A stretch of DNA of 62,830 nt from Candidatus Omnitrophota bacterium (GCA_015233115.1 JADFYJ010000004.1:1-62830), one strand, 5' to 3'. Positions 8,785-19,129 are shown, numbered from the stretch's first letter. Notes: generated by a model not told the origin, from the sequence alone. Numbers and translations: made by a program.

Positions 8785-9366
8785 ATGAAGAAAACCGGAT
8801 TTTTGATCAGCTTTTGGGTGTTTGTCTGCGCAGTGGCATGGGGTCAGGCCGCGCCAGACCATCTTAAATTTTCCCCTGAGCCGGAGGCAAACCAGGCTAA
8901 TAAACCAGCCATGGAGTCGTTAATGACCAAGCCTGCTCCGGCTCAGGATTCTAACTTGGGGGAAGATGACGCTGACGGAGAAACGACTGCACTTATACAG
9001 ATGGAGCAAAATCGGAGGCGGCAAATTAAATTGTTGAACATGGAATTAGAACAATTAAAACTTCAACTGGAAAGGGAAAAAACTCTAAAGGAAATGGGTG
9101 AGTTGCGTAAAGAAAACCGGACAATGATTCAGGATCCGTTGAAATCTGGTGATCCGGAAATGCCGGAAATGAAAGCCGTTTATATTGCGCATGCGAAACA
9201 TGATTTTGAGGCGATTGTTACGATCAACGGTCGCAATTATTCAGTGAAACCGGGTGACTGTCCTTACGCGGGGGTGTGCGTGCGGGATATAACGATCGAT
9301 CATGTTGCGATCAGACTCAAAGATTCAGCTAATCTTACATTAAACGTTGATCATCTGGTGAATTAA
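8785..9366 (+). CDS. Secreted coiled-coil protein, PilP-like by position
   Basis: ATG 8785 (MKKTGFLISFWVFVCAVAWGQA signal peptide), low-complexity linker, coiled coil, C-terminal beta-rich domain. Confidence 0.3.
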   Translation: MKKTGFLISFWVFVCAVAWGQAAPDHLKFSPEPEANQANKPAMESLMTKPAPAQDSNLGEDDADGETTALIQMEQNRRRQIKLLNMELEQLKLQLEREKTLKEMGELRKENRTMIQDPLKSGDPEMPEMKAVYIAHAKHDFEAIVTINGRNYSVKPGDCPYAGVCVRDITIDHVAIRLKDSANLTLNVDHLVN

Positions 9367-9368
9367 TT

Positions 9369-11006
9369 ATGAATAAAAATAAAATGGGTGACATTCTGGT
9401 TAATCGGCACGACATAAATGCGGAAGAATTGAATTTATGTTTGGATATTCAAAATATTGAGAAAAAGGAAAAAATTGGCGCGATTTTACGGCATTTTAAT
9501 TTTGTGACGGATGATGAAATCGGTGAAGTGATTGCAGAGCAGAGCGGGTGGAAATTTTTTAGAGGAACGTATGCTCCTGATAAAGAGGTGTTAAAAGTTA
9601 TTGATTTAAGCGTGCTGGTGAAACATCAGGTTTTTCCTTTGAAAACGGTCAACGGGCGAAAAACATTTGTGTGCGCTCGGATTGATGATATGGAAATCAC
9701 GGATATTGTCAGTGATAGTTTTCCGTTTGTCGAAGTGGAATTTATGGTAGGGGTAGAAAAAGATGTGTGTTTCGCGTTAGAAAGTTTGATGCAGGAAGAG
9801 CTGAATAAAAAGGTTAAAGAACACGCGGGCCGGATTAATGAACAAAAAAATGTGGATGGTGTGGCGGAATTTTTAGATGAGCTGCTGCATTTAGCTGTGG
9901 TGCATCATGGGACGGATATCCATTTTGAACCTTCGGAAAAAGCCGTGGAAATCAGCCTGCGCGTCGATGGGATAAAATTTTCATTCTGCTGTTTACGGAA
10001 ATATTTTATTTATACGATCGTCAACCGGATTCTAACGTTATGTGAACTCAATACCGGGGAATATTTTAAGATTAAAGATGGAGGTTTCAAATTCAAATAT
10101 TTTGACCGGCAGGTGGATATCCGGGTTTCCATTATTCCATCAATATTCGGACCGTCTATGGTTCTGAGAATTTTGGACCGCGCGAAAGTATCTTATGATC
10201 TCAAGCGGTTGGGATACTCGTTTCACAACTGGAAAAAAATTCAAAATTTAATTTCGCGTCCGTATGGCTTGGTATTGATTACCGGCCCCACCGGAAGCGG
10301 AAAATCTACCACGCTTTACAGTCTGTTGAATCACTTGAAATCACCAGAGAAAAAAATTGTAACAGTAGAAAATCCGGTGGAAATGCCGCAATCCTTAATG
10401 GTGCAGATCCAGGTCAATGAGATTCAAAATTTAAATTTTGCGTCTGCGATCCGGGCGTTTTTGCGACATGATCCAGATGTTATTTTAATCGGAGAGATCC
10501 GGGACGCGGAAACCGCGCAGGAAGCTTTTCGCGCAGCCGAGACGGGGCATCAGGTCTTTTCCACCTTGCATACCAATGATGTTGTCAGTTCAATGCTCAG
10601 GCTCAAAGACTTGGGTGTGGATGTGGTGAATATATCAAATAGTTTAGCCGGGGTGGTCGCGCAGAGGCTTATAAGAAAATTATGCCCGTTTTGTAAACAA
10701 AAAATAAAAATCTTCATGGAAAACGACAATGTCGCGCAAACAAAATATCTGGATGAGGATGTTACTGAGGCATTTGTCCCAGTGGGTTGTCCGAAATGTG
10801 TAAATGGATATTTGGGGCGTACTGTGGTCGCTGAAGTTTTAAGCATGGATGACGAGATTAGAGATTTAATTGAAAAACAAAATCTTAACATGATCCGGCA
10901 ATTGCTTCGCGGTAGAAAAGATCATAAAGATATTTTTGCGGACGCGAAGGCATTGTTTTTAAGCGGTGAAACTTCATTAGATGAACTGATTCGGGTTTTA
11001 GGATAA
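9369..11006 (+). CDS. pilB: Type IV pilus / T2SS assembly ATPase (PilB/GspE family)
   Basis: GspE N-terminal domain pattern. Walker A GPTGSGKSTT, Asp box, Walker B VILIGEIRD, His box TGHQVFSTLHTND. Tetracysteine CPFC...CPKC. Confidence 0.9.
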   Translation: MNKNKMGDILVNRHDINAEELNLCLDIQNIEKKEKIGAILRHFNFVTDDEIGEVIAEQSGWKFFRGTYAPDKEVLKVIDLSVLVKHQVFPLKTVNGRKTFVCARIDDMEITDIVSDSFPFVEVEFMVGVEKDVCFALESLMQEELNKKVKEHAGRINEQKNVDGVAEFLDELLHLAVVHHGTDIHFEPSEKAVEISLRVDGIKFSFCCLRKYFIYTIVNRILTLCELNTGEYFKIKDGGFKFKYFDRQVDIRVSIIPSIFGPSMVLRILDRAKVSYDLKRLGYSFHNWKKIQNLISRPYGLVLITGPTGSGKSTTLYSLLNHLKSPEKKIVTVENPVEMPQSLMVQIQVNEIQNLNFASAIRAFLRHDPDVILIGEIRDAETAQEAFRAAETGHQVFSTLHTNDVVSSMLRLKDLGVDVVNISNSLAGVVAQRLIRKLCPFCKQKIKIFMENDNVAQTKYLDEDVTEAFVPVGCPKCVNGYLGRTVVAEVLSMDDEIRDLIEKQNLNMIRQLLRGRKDHKDIFADAKALFLSGETSLDELIRVLG

Positions 11007-11009
11007 ATC

Positions 11010-12206
11010 ATGTATTGGCAATATGTGGCGTTAAATAATTTCGGGAAGGAAGTAGCCGGTTCATTCCATGGCACTAGGAAGGACGCGCGGGCCCTGATGC
11101 AGGATCAGGGCTGGATCGTTATTAAGCTCTTCCCTGAGTGGGACGTGTTTTGGAAAGAATTGTTTTATCGACAGAAAATTGATCATAAAATCTTAGCGGA
11201 TATGTTGAAAAATCTAGCCGGAATGCTGGAAGTGGGATTATCTATGAATGAAATTTTAGAAAATTTAACCGAAACTACCGGACATAATTCAGTAAGAATG
11301 GCGTTGGCACGAATGCGGAATGATTTAAATAAAGGATATTTATTGTGGGAAGCGATGAAGAGATGCGGCGCGTTTGGGCCTATGGCGATTTCTTGTGTGT
11401 CCGCCGGGGAAGAAAGCGGGAATTTGCCGGAAGTCCTTCGATCATTAGCATCTACATTTGAATTCACGGATGAAGTTAAGAAAAAAATTTGGGGCGCGGT
11501 TGCGTATCCGTTGGGGTTATGTGGGTTGATATCAGCCGCGTCTGTCATTATATCCGTGAAATTAGTCCCGGCTTTGCGGGATTTTTTACCAGCAGCATCC
11601 ATGGACAAGATGTCAGTTAAGTTGTTTTTATGGTACTGCCATTTGGTTCAATACCATTGGTATGTATTCGCTGTTGTTCCGTTAATAGCTGTAATGTTTT
11701 TTTGGTATTGGCACCGGTTTCATGCCGATATTTTTTTTAAATGTTTATATAAAATTCCTGTCTTAGGCCCTCTTGTTAAAGAAATGCAGTTGTCGTTGTA
11801 TTTTTTGAACCTGTATACCTACCAAAAAAGCGGGATCACGATCAAGGATTCCATCGGATACATTCACGCCCACCAAAGCAATTATATCAGCCGGATGTTT
11901 TTAAAGTGCCTTAACGGGATCGACCATGGTTTATGTTTTTGGGAAGCGGTTAAGCAGGAACAAGAAATCCCTAAAGTTGTTTACCAAAATATCCGGCGGG
12001 GAGAAATCCAGGGCAAATATGAGGAGTATTTCCGGCATATTCACGGTTATTTTAAAACCAGAACCGAAGAAGCCACGCGGACGCTGATTCCTATTCTTCA
12101 GCCGGCCTTTATTTTGATAGGAGGTGTGATGATTATGTTTTTAATAGGGACGTTTATCGTGCCGATTTATACGAATTTAAATTCCATGATGAATGGCATG
12201 TTCTAA
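11010..12206 (+). CDS. pilC: Type IV pilus / T2SS platform protein (PilC/GspF family)
   Basis: 398 aa with duplicated GspF-type domains and three TM segments. Immediately follows the ATPase. Confidence 0.85.
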   Translation: MYWQYVALNNFGKEVAGSFHGTRKDARALMQDQGWIVIKLFPEWDVFWKELFYRQKIDHKILADMLKNLAGMLEVGLSMNEILENLTETTGHNSVRMALARMRNDLNKGYLLWEAMKRCGAFGPMAISCVSAGEESGNLPEVLRSLASTFEFTDEVKKKIWGAVAYPLGLCGLISAASVIISVKLVPALRDFLPAASMDKMSVKLFLWYCHLVQYHWYVFAVVPLIAVMFFWYWHRFHADIFFKCLYKIPVLGPLVKEMQLSLYFLNLYTYQKSGITIKDSIGYIHAHQSNYISRMFLKCLNGIDHGLCFWEAVKQEQEIPKVVYQNIRRGEIQGKYEEYFRHIHGYFKTRTEEATRTLIPILQPAFILIGGVMIMFLIGTFIVPIYTNLNSMMNGMF

Positions 12207-12256
12207 TTTTGTATAACCAAAGGCCTTGGGCCTGATTAACAAGAAAGGATAAAGTG

Positions 12257-12697
12257 ATGAAAAAATTAAACAACAAAAGCGGTTTTACGATGGTGGAGTT
12301 GGTGATGGTCATTGTGATCATTGCTGTTTTGGCCAGCGGCGTTATCAGCGCGAACAAAGCTATTGAAAATAGCCGGGTGGTTCAGCAGATTCAAAATATC
12401 AAAGTCGTGCATTCGGCGGCCGTGCAATGGTATGGAGACAAAATGGCTTATTCCGGCATTTCGGTAGATGAATTAAAAAATAACGGATATCTGAAAAATA
12501 ATTTTGATTCAACCAAAGCAAATCAATTCGGCGGAGATCTGACTGTGGCTGTGGATCCGGCTGACCAGGAAAAATATATATTTACGCTGACCAAGGTGTC
12601 GGACAGCGCGCGGACAAAATTGGAAAACGGTTTATCAAATTCAACGGACAATTTTTCTTATGACGACAAAAATCAGACGTGGACAGCCACGTTTTAA
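12257..12697 (+). CDS. Prepilin-type N-terminal cleavage/methylation domain protein (major pilin candidate)
   Basis: MKKLNNKSG|FTMVELVMVIVIIAVLA: Gly-1, Phe+1, Glu+5, hydrophobic helix. Confidence 0.8.
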   Translation: MKKLNNKSGFTMVELVMVIVIIAVLASGVISANKAIENSRVVQQIQNIKVVHSAAVQWYGDKMAYSGISVDELKNNGYLKNNFDSTKANQFGGDLTVAVDPADQEKYIFTLTKVSDSARTKLENGLSNSTDNFSYDDKNQTWTATF

Positions 12698-13145
12698 TCA
12701 AGGTTTCAGCATCGTAGAAATGGCCGTGGTCATGACCGTGATTATGGTGTTGTTAAGTGTCATGTTGAGATCCGTCAACGTGCAAGTGAATGACGCGAAA
12801 GTAAAGCGGACGTTCAAAGAAATGATTTCTATCGCGCAGGCCGTGGTCCGGTTTTATCAGGAAAAAGGGGCATGGCCTGCGGACTTGGAGGAGCTTAAGC
12901 CGGATTTTATCGACGTCAATATCGGGTTAAACCCTTTTCAGGTGCGGTATGTGGTGACCGCTGACGCGGGATTAGTTAAAGTTTCGACAGATTTGCCCAA
13001 AGGAAAAATTCAGGGAAATTTTTGGGGGCCGATGGTCGAAGTGGAAGATGAAGGATCAACAGAAAAAGTTACAATCGCGATCAGGGATAATTTAAACAGC
13101 ACAGACTGGTTAGAGTATGAAAAGAAATATACCTATAAATCATAG
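12660..13145 (+). CDS. Prepilin-type protein (minor pilin)
   Basis: ...RFNQG|FSIVEMAVVMTVIMVLL class III signal. Overlaps the previous pilin gene by 38 nt. Confidence 0.7.
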   Translation: MTTKIRRGQPRFNQGFSIVEMAVVMTVIMVLLSVMLRSVNVQVNDAKVKRTFKEMISIAQAVVRFYQEKGAWPADLEELKPDFIDVNIGLNPFQVRYVVTADAGLVKVSTDLPKGKIQGNFWGPMVEVEDEGSTEKVTIAIRDNLNSTDWLEYEKKYTYKS

Positions 13146-13866
13146 GGGTTATTCCCTGGTGGAAATGTGTGTGGTAATCATTGTCATGGCCATAACTTTA
13201 TCCGCAGTAGTCCCAAATTTGCTTAAAGATATTTATGCCCGGTACGGAGAAGCTGTGGCTATGGATATGGCCGTAATCGAGGGCGCGGCCAGGGCGTATT
13301 ATATCGACAACCGCGCTTGGCCAGCTGATATAGCGGCGTTAAAAGAAAACAAATATTTATCACCAACCTGGAGCGGTCAAAATCCGCTAGGTAAGGATTA
13401 TATTATTACATCAACGCCGGATATGTTGACTGTTCAGTCAGATGTGAAAAAAACGCAAGTGGCTCCATATGCGTCTAGAAAATTACCCCAGGGTGAGGCT
13501 GACGGTTCTGTGGTCAAAAGTTCGATAGCTGTTCCTGGCGGCGCAGGTAATTTGAACAGCTATGACAGCGGCTGGTTTAGCGCATCAGCCAATGTGACAT
13601 ACACCAAAAGTCACAATTTAGGGACAACCAAAGTGCTATCGATTTTGTATTTTTCGGATACATCCGATGGGTCTGGCCGGGTCAATTACGCTGTATGCAC
13701 GCATTTTGACGCGGCTAATGCTGAGAGGGGGACCAACATTGTTGCTTTGACAAATACGGATGTCTCAGTCAGGGCTAATGGGTATTTAGCCGTGACGTTT
13801 GATCGTAACGGCTCAGTTAATCCGTATTCCAATGGATATTTAAGAATCGTGATGGCGGCGCTATAA
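13117..13866 (+). CDS. Large prepilin-type protein (tip/adhesin-like pilin candidate)
   Basis: ...INHRG|YSLVEMCVVIIVMAITL class III signal followed by a domain of about 200 aa. Confidence 0.65.
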   Translation: MKRNIPINHRGYSLVEMCVVIIVMAITLSAVVPNLLKDIYARYGEAVAMDMAVIEGAARAYYIDNRAWPADIAALKENKYLSPTWSGQNPLGKDYIITSTPDMLTVQSDVKKTQVAPYASRKLPQGEADGSVVKSSIAVPGGAGNLNSYDSGWFSASANVTYTKSHNLGTTKVLSILYFSDTSDGSGRVNYAVCTHFDAANAERGTNIVALTNTDVSVRANGYLAVTFDRNGSVNPYSNGYLRIVMAAL

Positions 13867-13882
13867 AAGGGATAAAGGTGGT

Positions 13883-13909
13883 CCCGTAAAATCGCTGCGC
13901 GATCACGGG
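13883..13909 (+). terminator. Nested hairpin between the pilin genes and trbC (weak terminator candidate)
   Basis: CCCGT...ACGGG enclosing ATCGC-TGC-GCGAT. No T-tract follows. Preceded by the word GATAAAGGTGGT, also seen at 30805 and 32397. Confidence 0.35.
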
Positions 13910-13950
13910 ATTTAAATGACGAAGATATAAAGTTAGAGACAGGAGAAAAA

Positions 13951-14259
13951 ATGAAAAGAATTAAATACTTAATTAGTTTTGTTTTATCAGAAGGGATAGC
14001 TGTAGGTACGGCGTTCGCAAACACGACTAGCACAACTATGCCTTGGGAGCAGCCTTTGATGAAGATCGCGAATAGCCTGCAAGGTCCGGTGGCAACCGCG
14101 ATCGCGCTGGTGTGTATTTGCGCGTGCGGGTTTCGATTTTTCATGGGAGAGAGTTCCGGCGGGATGCGGGTTTTTCTTTCCGTCGTGTTTGGTTTATCCA
14201 TGATCGTGTTCGCGGTGAATATTTTTAATACCCTTGGTATAACTACGGCGACGTTTTAA
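13951..14259 (+). CDS. trbC: T4SS pilin TrbC/VirB2 family
   Basis: 102 aa with a signal peptide and two hydrophobic helices (GPVATAIALVCICACGF..., VFLSVVFGLSMIVFAV). First gene of the trb block. Confidence 0.7.
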   Translation: MKRIKYLISFVLSEGIAVGTAFANTTSTTMPWEQPLMKIANSLQGPVATAIALVCICACGFRFFMGESSGGMRVFLSVVFGLSMIVFAVNIFNTLGITTATF

Positions 14260-14304
14260 AAGTGATCCAGTAAGAGGCCCATAGCGCAAAGAGGATTTAC
14301 ACCT

Positions 14305-14592
14305 ATGAAAAACAATGAAGAGAACGGATCCGAATATCTTAGTATCCCTGCTGAAATCGTTGCAAAAAGGATATTTGTGCTGCGTTGCGAAAAAGTGATG
14401 ATTGATAGGGATTTGGCTGAGTTATACGGAGTAACAACGAAGCGGCTAAACCAACAAGTCAAACGTAATCTTTCACGTTTTCCTTCCAATTTTATGTTTC
14501 AACTATGTGATAAGGAGAAGGCAGAGGTGGTCACAATTTGTGACCACCTCAATACCAAGAATAGGATTTCATCGCGACCCGTGATGAATTAA
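14305..14592 (+). pseudogene. Truncated ORF6N (KilA-N-like) domain gene
   Basis: N-terminal 70 aa align with the full-length ORF6N protein at 22965 (VMIDRDLAELYGVTTKRLNQQVKRNLSRFPSNFMFQL). Downstream of the shared hairpin the frame differs from the full copy and the ORF ends early. Confidence 0.6.
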
Positions 14593-14598
14593 AACAAA

Positions 14599-14910
14599 AT
14601 GAAAAATCAGCATTCCACACCTTTACACCAGTCTTTAACGCGTGAAGTACTTTATGCCGGTGCTGAACGGGAAATTTTTATTTTCGCGTGTTTTGGGTCT
14701 TTGATGGTCTGGTTCGCGGGGAAAGATTTGTTCGCTTTTTTGCTGGCAGTGACGCTATGGACCGTCGGCATTACGACCGGGCGTTTATTGGCTAAAAAAG
14801 ATGCCTGCTGGACCAAAATCTATTTGCGCCATATTAAACTTCAAAAATTTTATCCTGCTGGTGAAAAAATAGATAATCCAGAAGCGGAGATAAAATTGTT
14901 CAAGGCATAA
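14599..14910 (+). CDS. trbD: T4SS protein TrbD/VirB3
   Basis: 103 aa with two TM helices. Immediately precedes the VirB4 ATPase. Confidence 0.7.
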   Translation: MKNQHSTPLHQSLTREVLYAGAEREIFIFACFGSLMVWFAGKDLFAFLLAVTLWTVGITTGRLLAKKDACWTKIYLRHIKLQKFYPAGEKIDNPEAEIKLFKA

Positions 14911-14912
14911 TT

Positions 14913-17273
14913 ATGATTTTAATGAAAGAATACAAGCAAGGTCTAACCAGCTTTTCCAGTCTGATCCATTATTTTGGATTCGTGTCCGACGGAATTATGT
15001 TAAATAAAGACGGCAGTCTTTCTTCTTCCTTATATTATTCCGGCCCGGATATGGATTCATCCCTGGATGAAGAGTTGAGCCTTTTAGCAAATCATGTTAA
15101 TTACGCGTTTGCTAAATTAGGCTCGGGATGGACTATTCATATTGATGCAATAAGGATGCCATCGGTTAGTTATCCGGCAGTGAATGAATTCACACACCCA
15201 ACTTTGCTGTTAATTGAAAATTATCGACGGAAGAAATATGAAGCGGAAGGGTTTCATTTTGAAAGCGCGTTTGCTATGACCTTAACGTTCAGGCCTTCCT
15301 GGGCGGAACATAAGCAAAAATTAGAGCAAATATTGGAATATTATCAAAAAATGCTCAAAGAATTTTACGACGCCTTATCCGGCCGGTTATCGGTCAAGTT
15401 CATGGGTTCACAAGATATGTTTGATTATTTGGGATATTGCCTGACCGGTAAAAAAATCCATAGGCGCGTTCCTGAACCTGCCGTTTATTTAGCGCATAGT
15501 TTGGGCGCGTATGATTTTGTGGGAGGGATGTCTCCGAAAATTGATGACATGTGGATATATACGGTCGCCTTAATTGGTTTTCCGTCAAGCACTTATACTG
15601 GAATTTTGGATTTGATTAACCGTTTGCCGTTTGAATATCGTTTCAACTGCCGGTTTATCATGATGGATCAGTTGGATGCCGAGGCTCAACTAAAAAAAGT
15701 CCGCCGGAATTTTTATAATAAACATTTTGATGTGTCCCAGATCGCTAATCAACTGCTTTTTAATGAACAATCCAGCCATTATGTAAATAATGATGCCTTG
15801 TCGAGCGCGGATGATGCGGATTTGGCCATTACTGAGGCTCAATCCGGAAAAGTAAAATACGGGTATTTTACGGCTGTTACAGTGATTTTTGATAAAGACC
15901 GAGGTGAAGGTAGAAAAAAAGCTGAACAGGTCAGAAAAATTCTTGATAATAATGGTTTTCCTTCGCGGATAGAAGAAGCGAACGCGGTCGAGGCCTATTT
16001 AGGAAGTCTTCCGGGGCAAGAATATCCGAATGTGCGTAAACCATTAATCAATACTTTAAATTTGTCGCATCTGGTCTCATTAACTTCGATATGGGCAGGC
16101 TTGGAGCACAATCCTAATCATTATTATCCTGAAAAATCTGCGCCATTGTTTTTTTCAGCCACTTCCGGATTTACCCCATTCCGTTTTAATATTCACGTGT
16201 CGGATGTGGGGCATACTTTGGTGATCGGCCCGACCGGAAGCGGGAAAAGTACATTGTTGTCTTTAATGGCCGCGTCCTTTTTCCGTTATAAAAACGCGCA
16301 AGTTTTTTTATTTGATAAAGGGTTTAGCCAATACGCGTTGGTCAAGGCGTGCGGTGGGGATCATTATAATATTTTTAATGATGGCAAAGAATTGACCTTT
16401 TGTCCTCTAGCAGGAATCAATCAGGAAAATGAATTAGTGTGGGCTTTGACTTGGGTAGAAGAAATTTTGCGTTTGCAGGGATTAGATATTGATCCCCGGA
16501 TAAGAAATGATATCGCGGACGGATTGCGATCATTAGTCCATGATCAGAAACGCACGATATCCAATTTATACACGAATATACAAAACAGTTCAGTTAAAGA
16601 AGCGCTACGGCCATTTGTTATGATTTTCGACGGGATTATGGGCGGCTTGCTCGACGCGGAAGTAGACGGACTGCGGAACAACGCGTTTCAAGTGTTTGAA
16701 ATGGAAAATTTGCTCAATAAAGATGAAAAGTATGTGGTGCCGGTTTTGACGTATTTATTTCATCGTATTGACGGCAGGTTAAATGGTCGGCCGACCTTAA
16801 TTATTTTGGATGAAGCTTGGCTGGTTTTAAAGCATGAGATATTTCGGGAAAAATTTGAATCTTGGTTGCGGGAATTGCGGAAGAAAAACGCAGCGGTGGT
16901 GTTTGCAACTAATAGTATTTCTGATGTTATTAATTCGCCTCTGCGGAATGTGATTGATGAATCTTGTCCGACCAAAATTTTCCTGCCTAATGCGACAGCG
17001 TCTAATCCTGCTAACCGGTCGGTATATCATGCGTATGGACTCAACGATAAACAGATTGACATGATCCAGCAGGCTATTCCTAAGAAACATTACTATTATA
17101 CTTCCGTGCTTGGGCAACGATTGATTGATCTGGGGTTGGATGGTCTGGAATTAAGTTTTATGGGAATTAATTCAGCGGAAGATTTAAAAGCCATTAGAAA
17201 ATTAGAACAAATGCATGGGGCAGACTGGGTAGCGCATTGGCTTAAAATACGGGGAATGGAAAACAATGATTGA
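14913..17273 (+). CDS. trbE: T4SS ATPase TrbE/VirB4
   Basis: 786 aa. Walker A GPTGSGKST, Walker B LIILDEAW, typical VirB4 length. Confidence 0.9.
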   Translation: MILMKEYKQGLTSFSSLIHYFGFVSDGIMLNKDGSLSSSLYYSGPDMDSSLDEELSLLANHVNYAFAKLGSGWTIHIDAIRMPSVSYPAVNEFTHPTLLLIENYRRKKYEAEGFHFESAFAMTLTFRPSWAEHKQKLEQILEYYQKMLKEFYDALSGRLSVKFMGSQDMFDYLGYCLTGKKIHRRVPEPAVYLAHSLGAYDFVGGMSPKIDDMWIYTVALIGFPSSTYTGILDLINRLPFEYRFNCRFIMMDQLDAEAQLKKVRRNFYNKHFDVSQIANQLLFNEQSSHYVNNDALSSADDADLAITEAQSGKVKYGYFTAVTVIFDKDRGEGRKKAEQVRKILDNNGFPSRIEEANAVEAYLGSLPGQEYPNVRKPLINTLNLSHLVSLTSIWAGLEHNPNHYYPEKSAPLFFSATSGFTPFRFNIHVSDVGHTLVIGPTGSGKSTLLSLMAASFFRYKNAQVFLFDKGFSQYALVKACGGDHYNIFNDGKELTFCPLAGINQENELVWALTWVEEILRLQGLDIDPRIRNDIADGLRSLVHDQKRTISNLYTNIQNSSVKEALRPFVMIFDGIMGGLLDAEVDGLRNNAFQVFEMENLLNKDEKYVVPVLTYLFHRIDGRLNGRPTLIILDEAWLVLKHEIFREKFESWLRELRKKNAAVVFATNSISDVINSPLRNVIDESCPTKIFLPNATASNPANRSVYHAYGLNDKQIDMIQQAIPKKHYYYTSVLGQRLIDLGLDGLELSFMGINSAEDLKAIRKLEQMHGADWVAHWLKIRGMENND

Positions 17274-17985
17274 TAAACTAAAAAATTGGCATAGCGCCTT
17301 AGTTGTTATGGGATTTGTGTTAGTGATATTTTTATCCTTCAGAGATGAGGTTTTCGCTTCGGATATTACCGGAACAATTATTGCCGAAGAATTGGCACAA
17401 CAGACGGTTATATTGAGTCAGATATTGACCCGCCAAGTGGGTATAGCCACCCAGCTTGACGGATTATTGAAAAGCGTGAAAACGTATTATAACCTTTCTT
17501 TTCATGATGTGACCGAAGAGTTAAAAGCATATCATGAGGCGGCGCATGAAGGTCAGGCTATCTCTTACGCGATGCAGAATTTGGATACAAAATTTAAAGA
17601 AACCTATAAAGGTTATCAGCCACCGGATGATTTTCAGAATGAATATAAAAATTGGGCAGGCGCGACTATGGATACCTTAATCGCGTCTTTAGATTCCGCC
17701 CAAAAACAAAAAGAAGAATTTTCTCATGAGAAAGATTATTACCGGCAATGGCAGAACCGATCGAACAACGCGCAGGGTCAGACGCAAGCTTTGCAAGTGA
17801 CGAATATGATCGCTTTGGAGCTTGCCACGCAGCTGCAAAAACTTCGTCAATTGGTTATGTTGCAAATTCAATCACAAAACGCGTATATGGCCGCGCAAAT
17901 GCAAAAAGATTCAGCTGTTGAAGCGGCGGCAAAAAATTCTATATATCTGCTCAATGACAGTGAAGATCATCGGGGATATAAATAA
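17266..17985 (+). CDS. trbJ: T4SS protein TrbJ (VirB5-like)
   Basis: Signal peptide plus a helical protein of about 210 aa, Q-rich. Positioned between trbE and trbL as in Ti-type trb operons. Confidence 0.6.
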   Translation: MIDKLKNWHSALVVMGFVLVIFLSFRDEVFASDITGTIIAEELAQQTVILSQILTRQVGIATQLDGLLKSVKTYYNLSFHDVTEELKAYHEAAHEGQAISYAMQNLDTKFKETYKGYQPPDDFQNEYKNWAGATMDTLIASLDSAQKQKEEFSHEKDYYRQWQNRSNNAQGQTQALQVTNMIALELATQLQKLRQLVMLQIQSQNAYMAAQMQKDSAVEAAAKNSIYLLNDSEDHRGYK

Positions 17986-18998
17986 TGGACCCAAATGTGG
18001 ATATTTTTAAAGGGATTGAAGATATCGTTGGCACCTATGGCGGGCTGGCAGACCAGCTCGGCGCAGTAGGAACAGGGATTGGTTTAAAAATATTCAGCGT
18101 CTTGGCGTTGTTGAATTTTCTTTGGAGCGGTATTTTGTGGATTTTGCATCGGGAAGATATGGCCGGAATTATGGGGGAACTGATCAAAAAAGTGTTTTTT
18201 ATTTTCTTTTTTTACTGGCTCGTATCGCAATATGAGAGTTGGTTTATTCCGTTAAAAAGTTCTTTTAATTATATTGCCGGGCAAATGGTTCATGCTTCAA
18301 ATGTCAGTGGTGCCATGTCATTAAAACCTGGACGAATTATGGGCAGAGGCATGCAGTTATTTTCATATATTTTTATGAAAGGATCAAATGGCCCCTGGTT
18401 TAACCACACCGCGTTAGCCCTGCTGCTCATTATATTTGGTTGTTTAACATTTTATGTGTTTGTGCGGGTGGGAATAGAGATGATGCTGATCATTATCGGC
18501 GGCAATATTATTTTAGCCGGCGGTACTTTTTTGTTGGGGTTTGCCGGAAATCCATTAACAATCAAATACGCCCAGCAGTATATCAACGCGGCCATTAACC
18601 TGGGAATCAAATTTTTGTTTTTAGTGATCATTGTCAGTTCGGGAGACGGTATCACGGAGCAATGGGTGGCGAGGTTAGAGGCGAGCACCTATCAAACATT
18701 GTTTCGCGATGGAGTATTTATCAGCACAGGGTCTTTGATCTTTTATTTTATGTCTATTCATGTCCCGACTATGGCAGCAAATATGTTGGGGAATGGATTT
18801 GTGATAAAAGGCAATGATTTTGGTTTTAACGCGGCACAAAACACTGTTATTCGAGCACGTGAAGGTGAGCCGCGGATTAAAACAGAAAAAATGATAATTC
18901 GGGAAAATACTCAGACGGAAACAATTAAATGTTATGGGATGGATAAAATAGGATCGGTGAATACTTTGTTTGGAATGAATAAAACAAACGATTTGTGA
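17985..18998 (+). CDS. trbL: T4SS inner-membrane protein TrbL/VirB6
   Basis: 337 aa, polytopic with at least 5 TM segments. Position after trbJ. Confidence 0.7.
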   Translation: MDPNVDIFKGIEDIVGTYGGLADQLGAVGTGIGLKIFSVLALLNFLWSGILWILHREDMAGIMGELIKKVFFIFFFYWLVSQYESWFIPLKSSFNYIAGQMVHASNVSGAMSLKPGRIMGRGMQLFSYIFMKGSNGPWFNHTALALLLIIFGCLTFYVFVRVGIEMMLIIIGGNIILAGGTFLLGFAGNPLTIKYAQQYINAAINLGIKFLFLVIIVSSGDGITEQWVARLEASTYQTLFRDGVFISTGSLIFYFMSIHVPTMAANMLGNGFVIKGNDFGFNAAQNTVIRAREGEPRIKTEKMIIRENTQTETIKCYGMDKIGSVNTLFGMNKTNDL

Positions 18999-19033
18999 TT
19001 TGTCCTTTAATGCGCGCGGTAGGGCGGTTTGCA

Positions 19034-19129
19034 TTTAAACCAAATCATTCGCTCAAACAGCAGCTCCGAAGCGGAGCTGAACTCGCTCGGTGATTCGGTT
19101 TAAACACTAACCTTGTGTTTGGGCACGCG
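19034..19129. repeat. Structured intergenic element: nested hairpin plus a conserved tail, tail repeated at 37955-37992
   Basis: TTTAAACCAAATCA...TGATTCGGTTTAAA encloses CAGCTCCGAAGCGGAGCTG. The tail GATTCGGTTTAAACACTAACCTTGTGTTTGGGCACGCG matches GATTCAGTTTAAACGCTAACCTTTTGTATGGGCGCACG at 37955. Confidence 0.6.

Noticed and set aside
13686-14201. 171-aa minus-strand ORF spanning the end of the third pilin gene and trbC
   Set aside because: It is fully antisense to two well-supported + strand genes and to the hairpin between them. It has no motifs and no RBS. It is typical of a shadow ORF.
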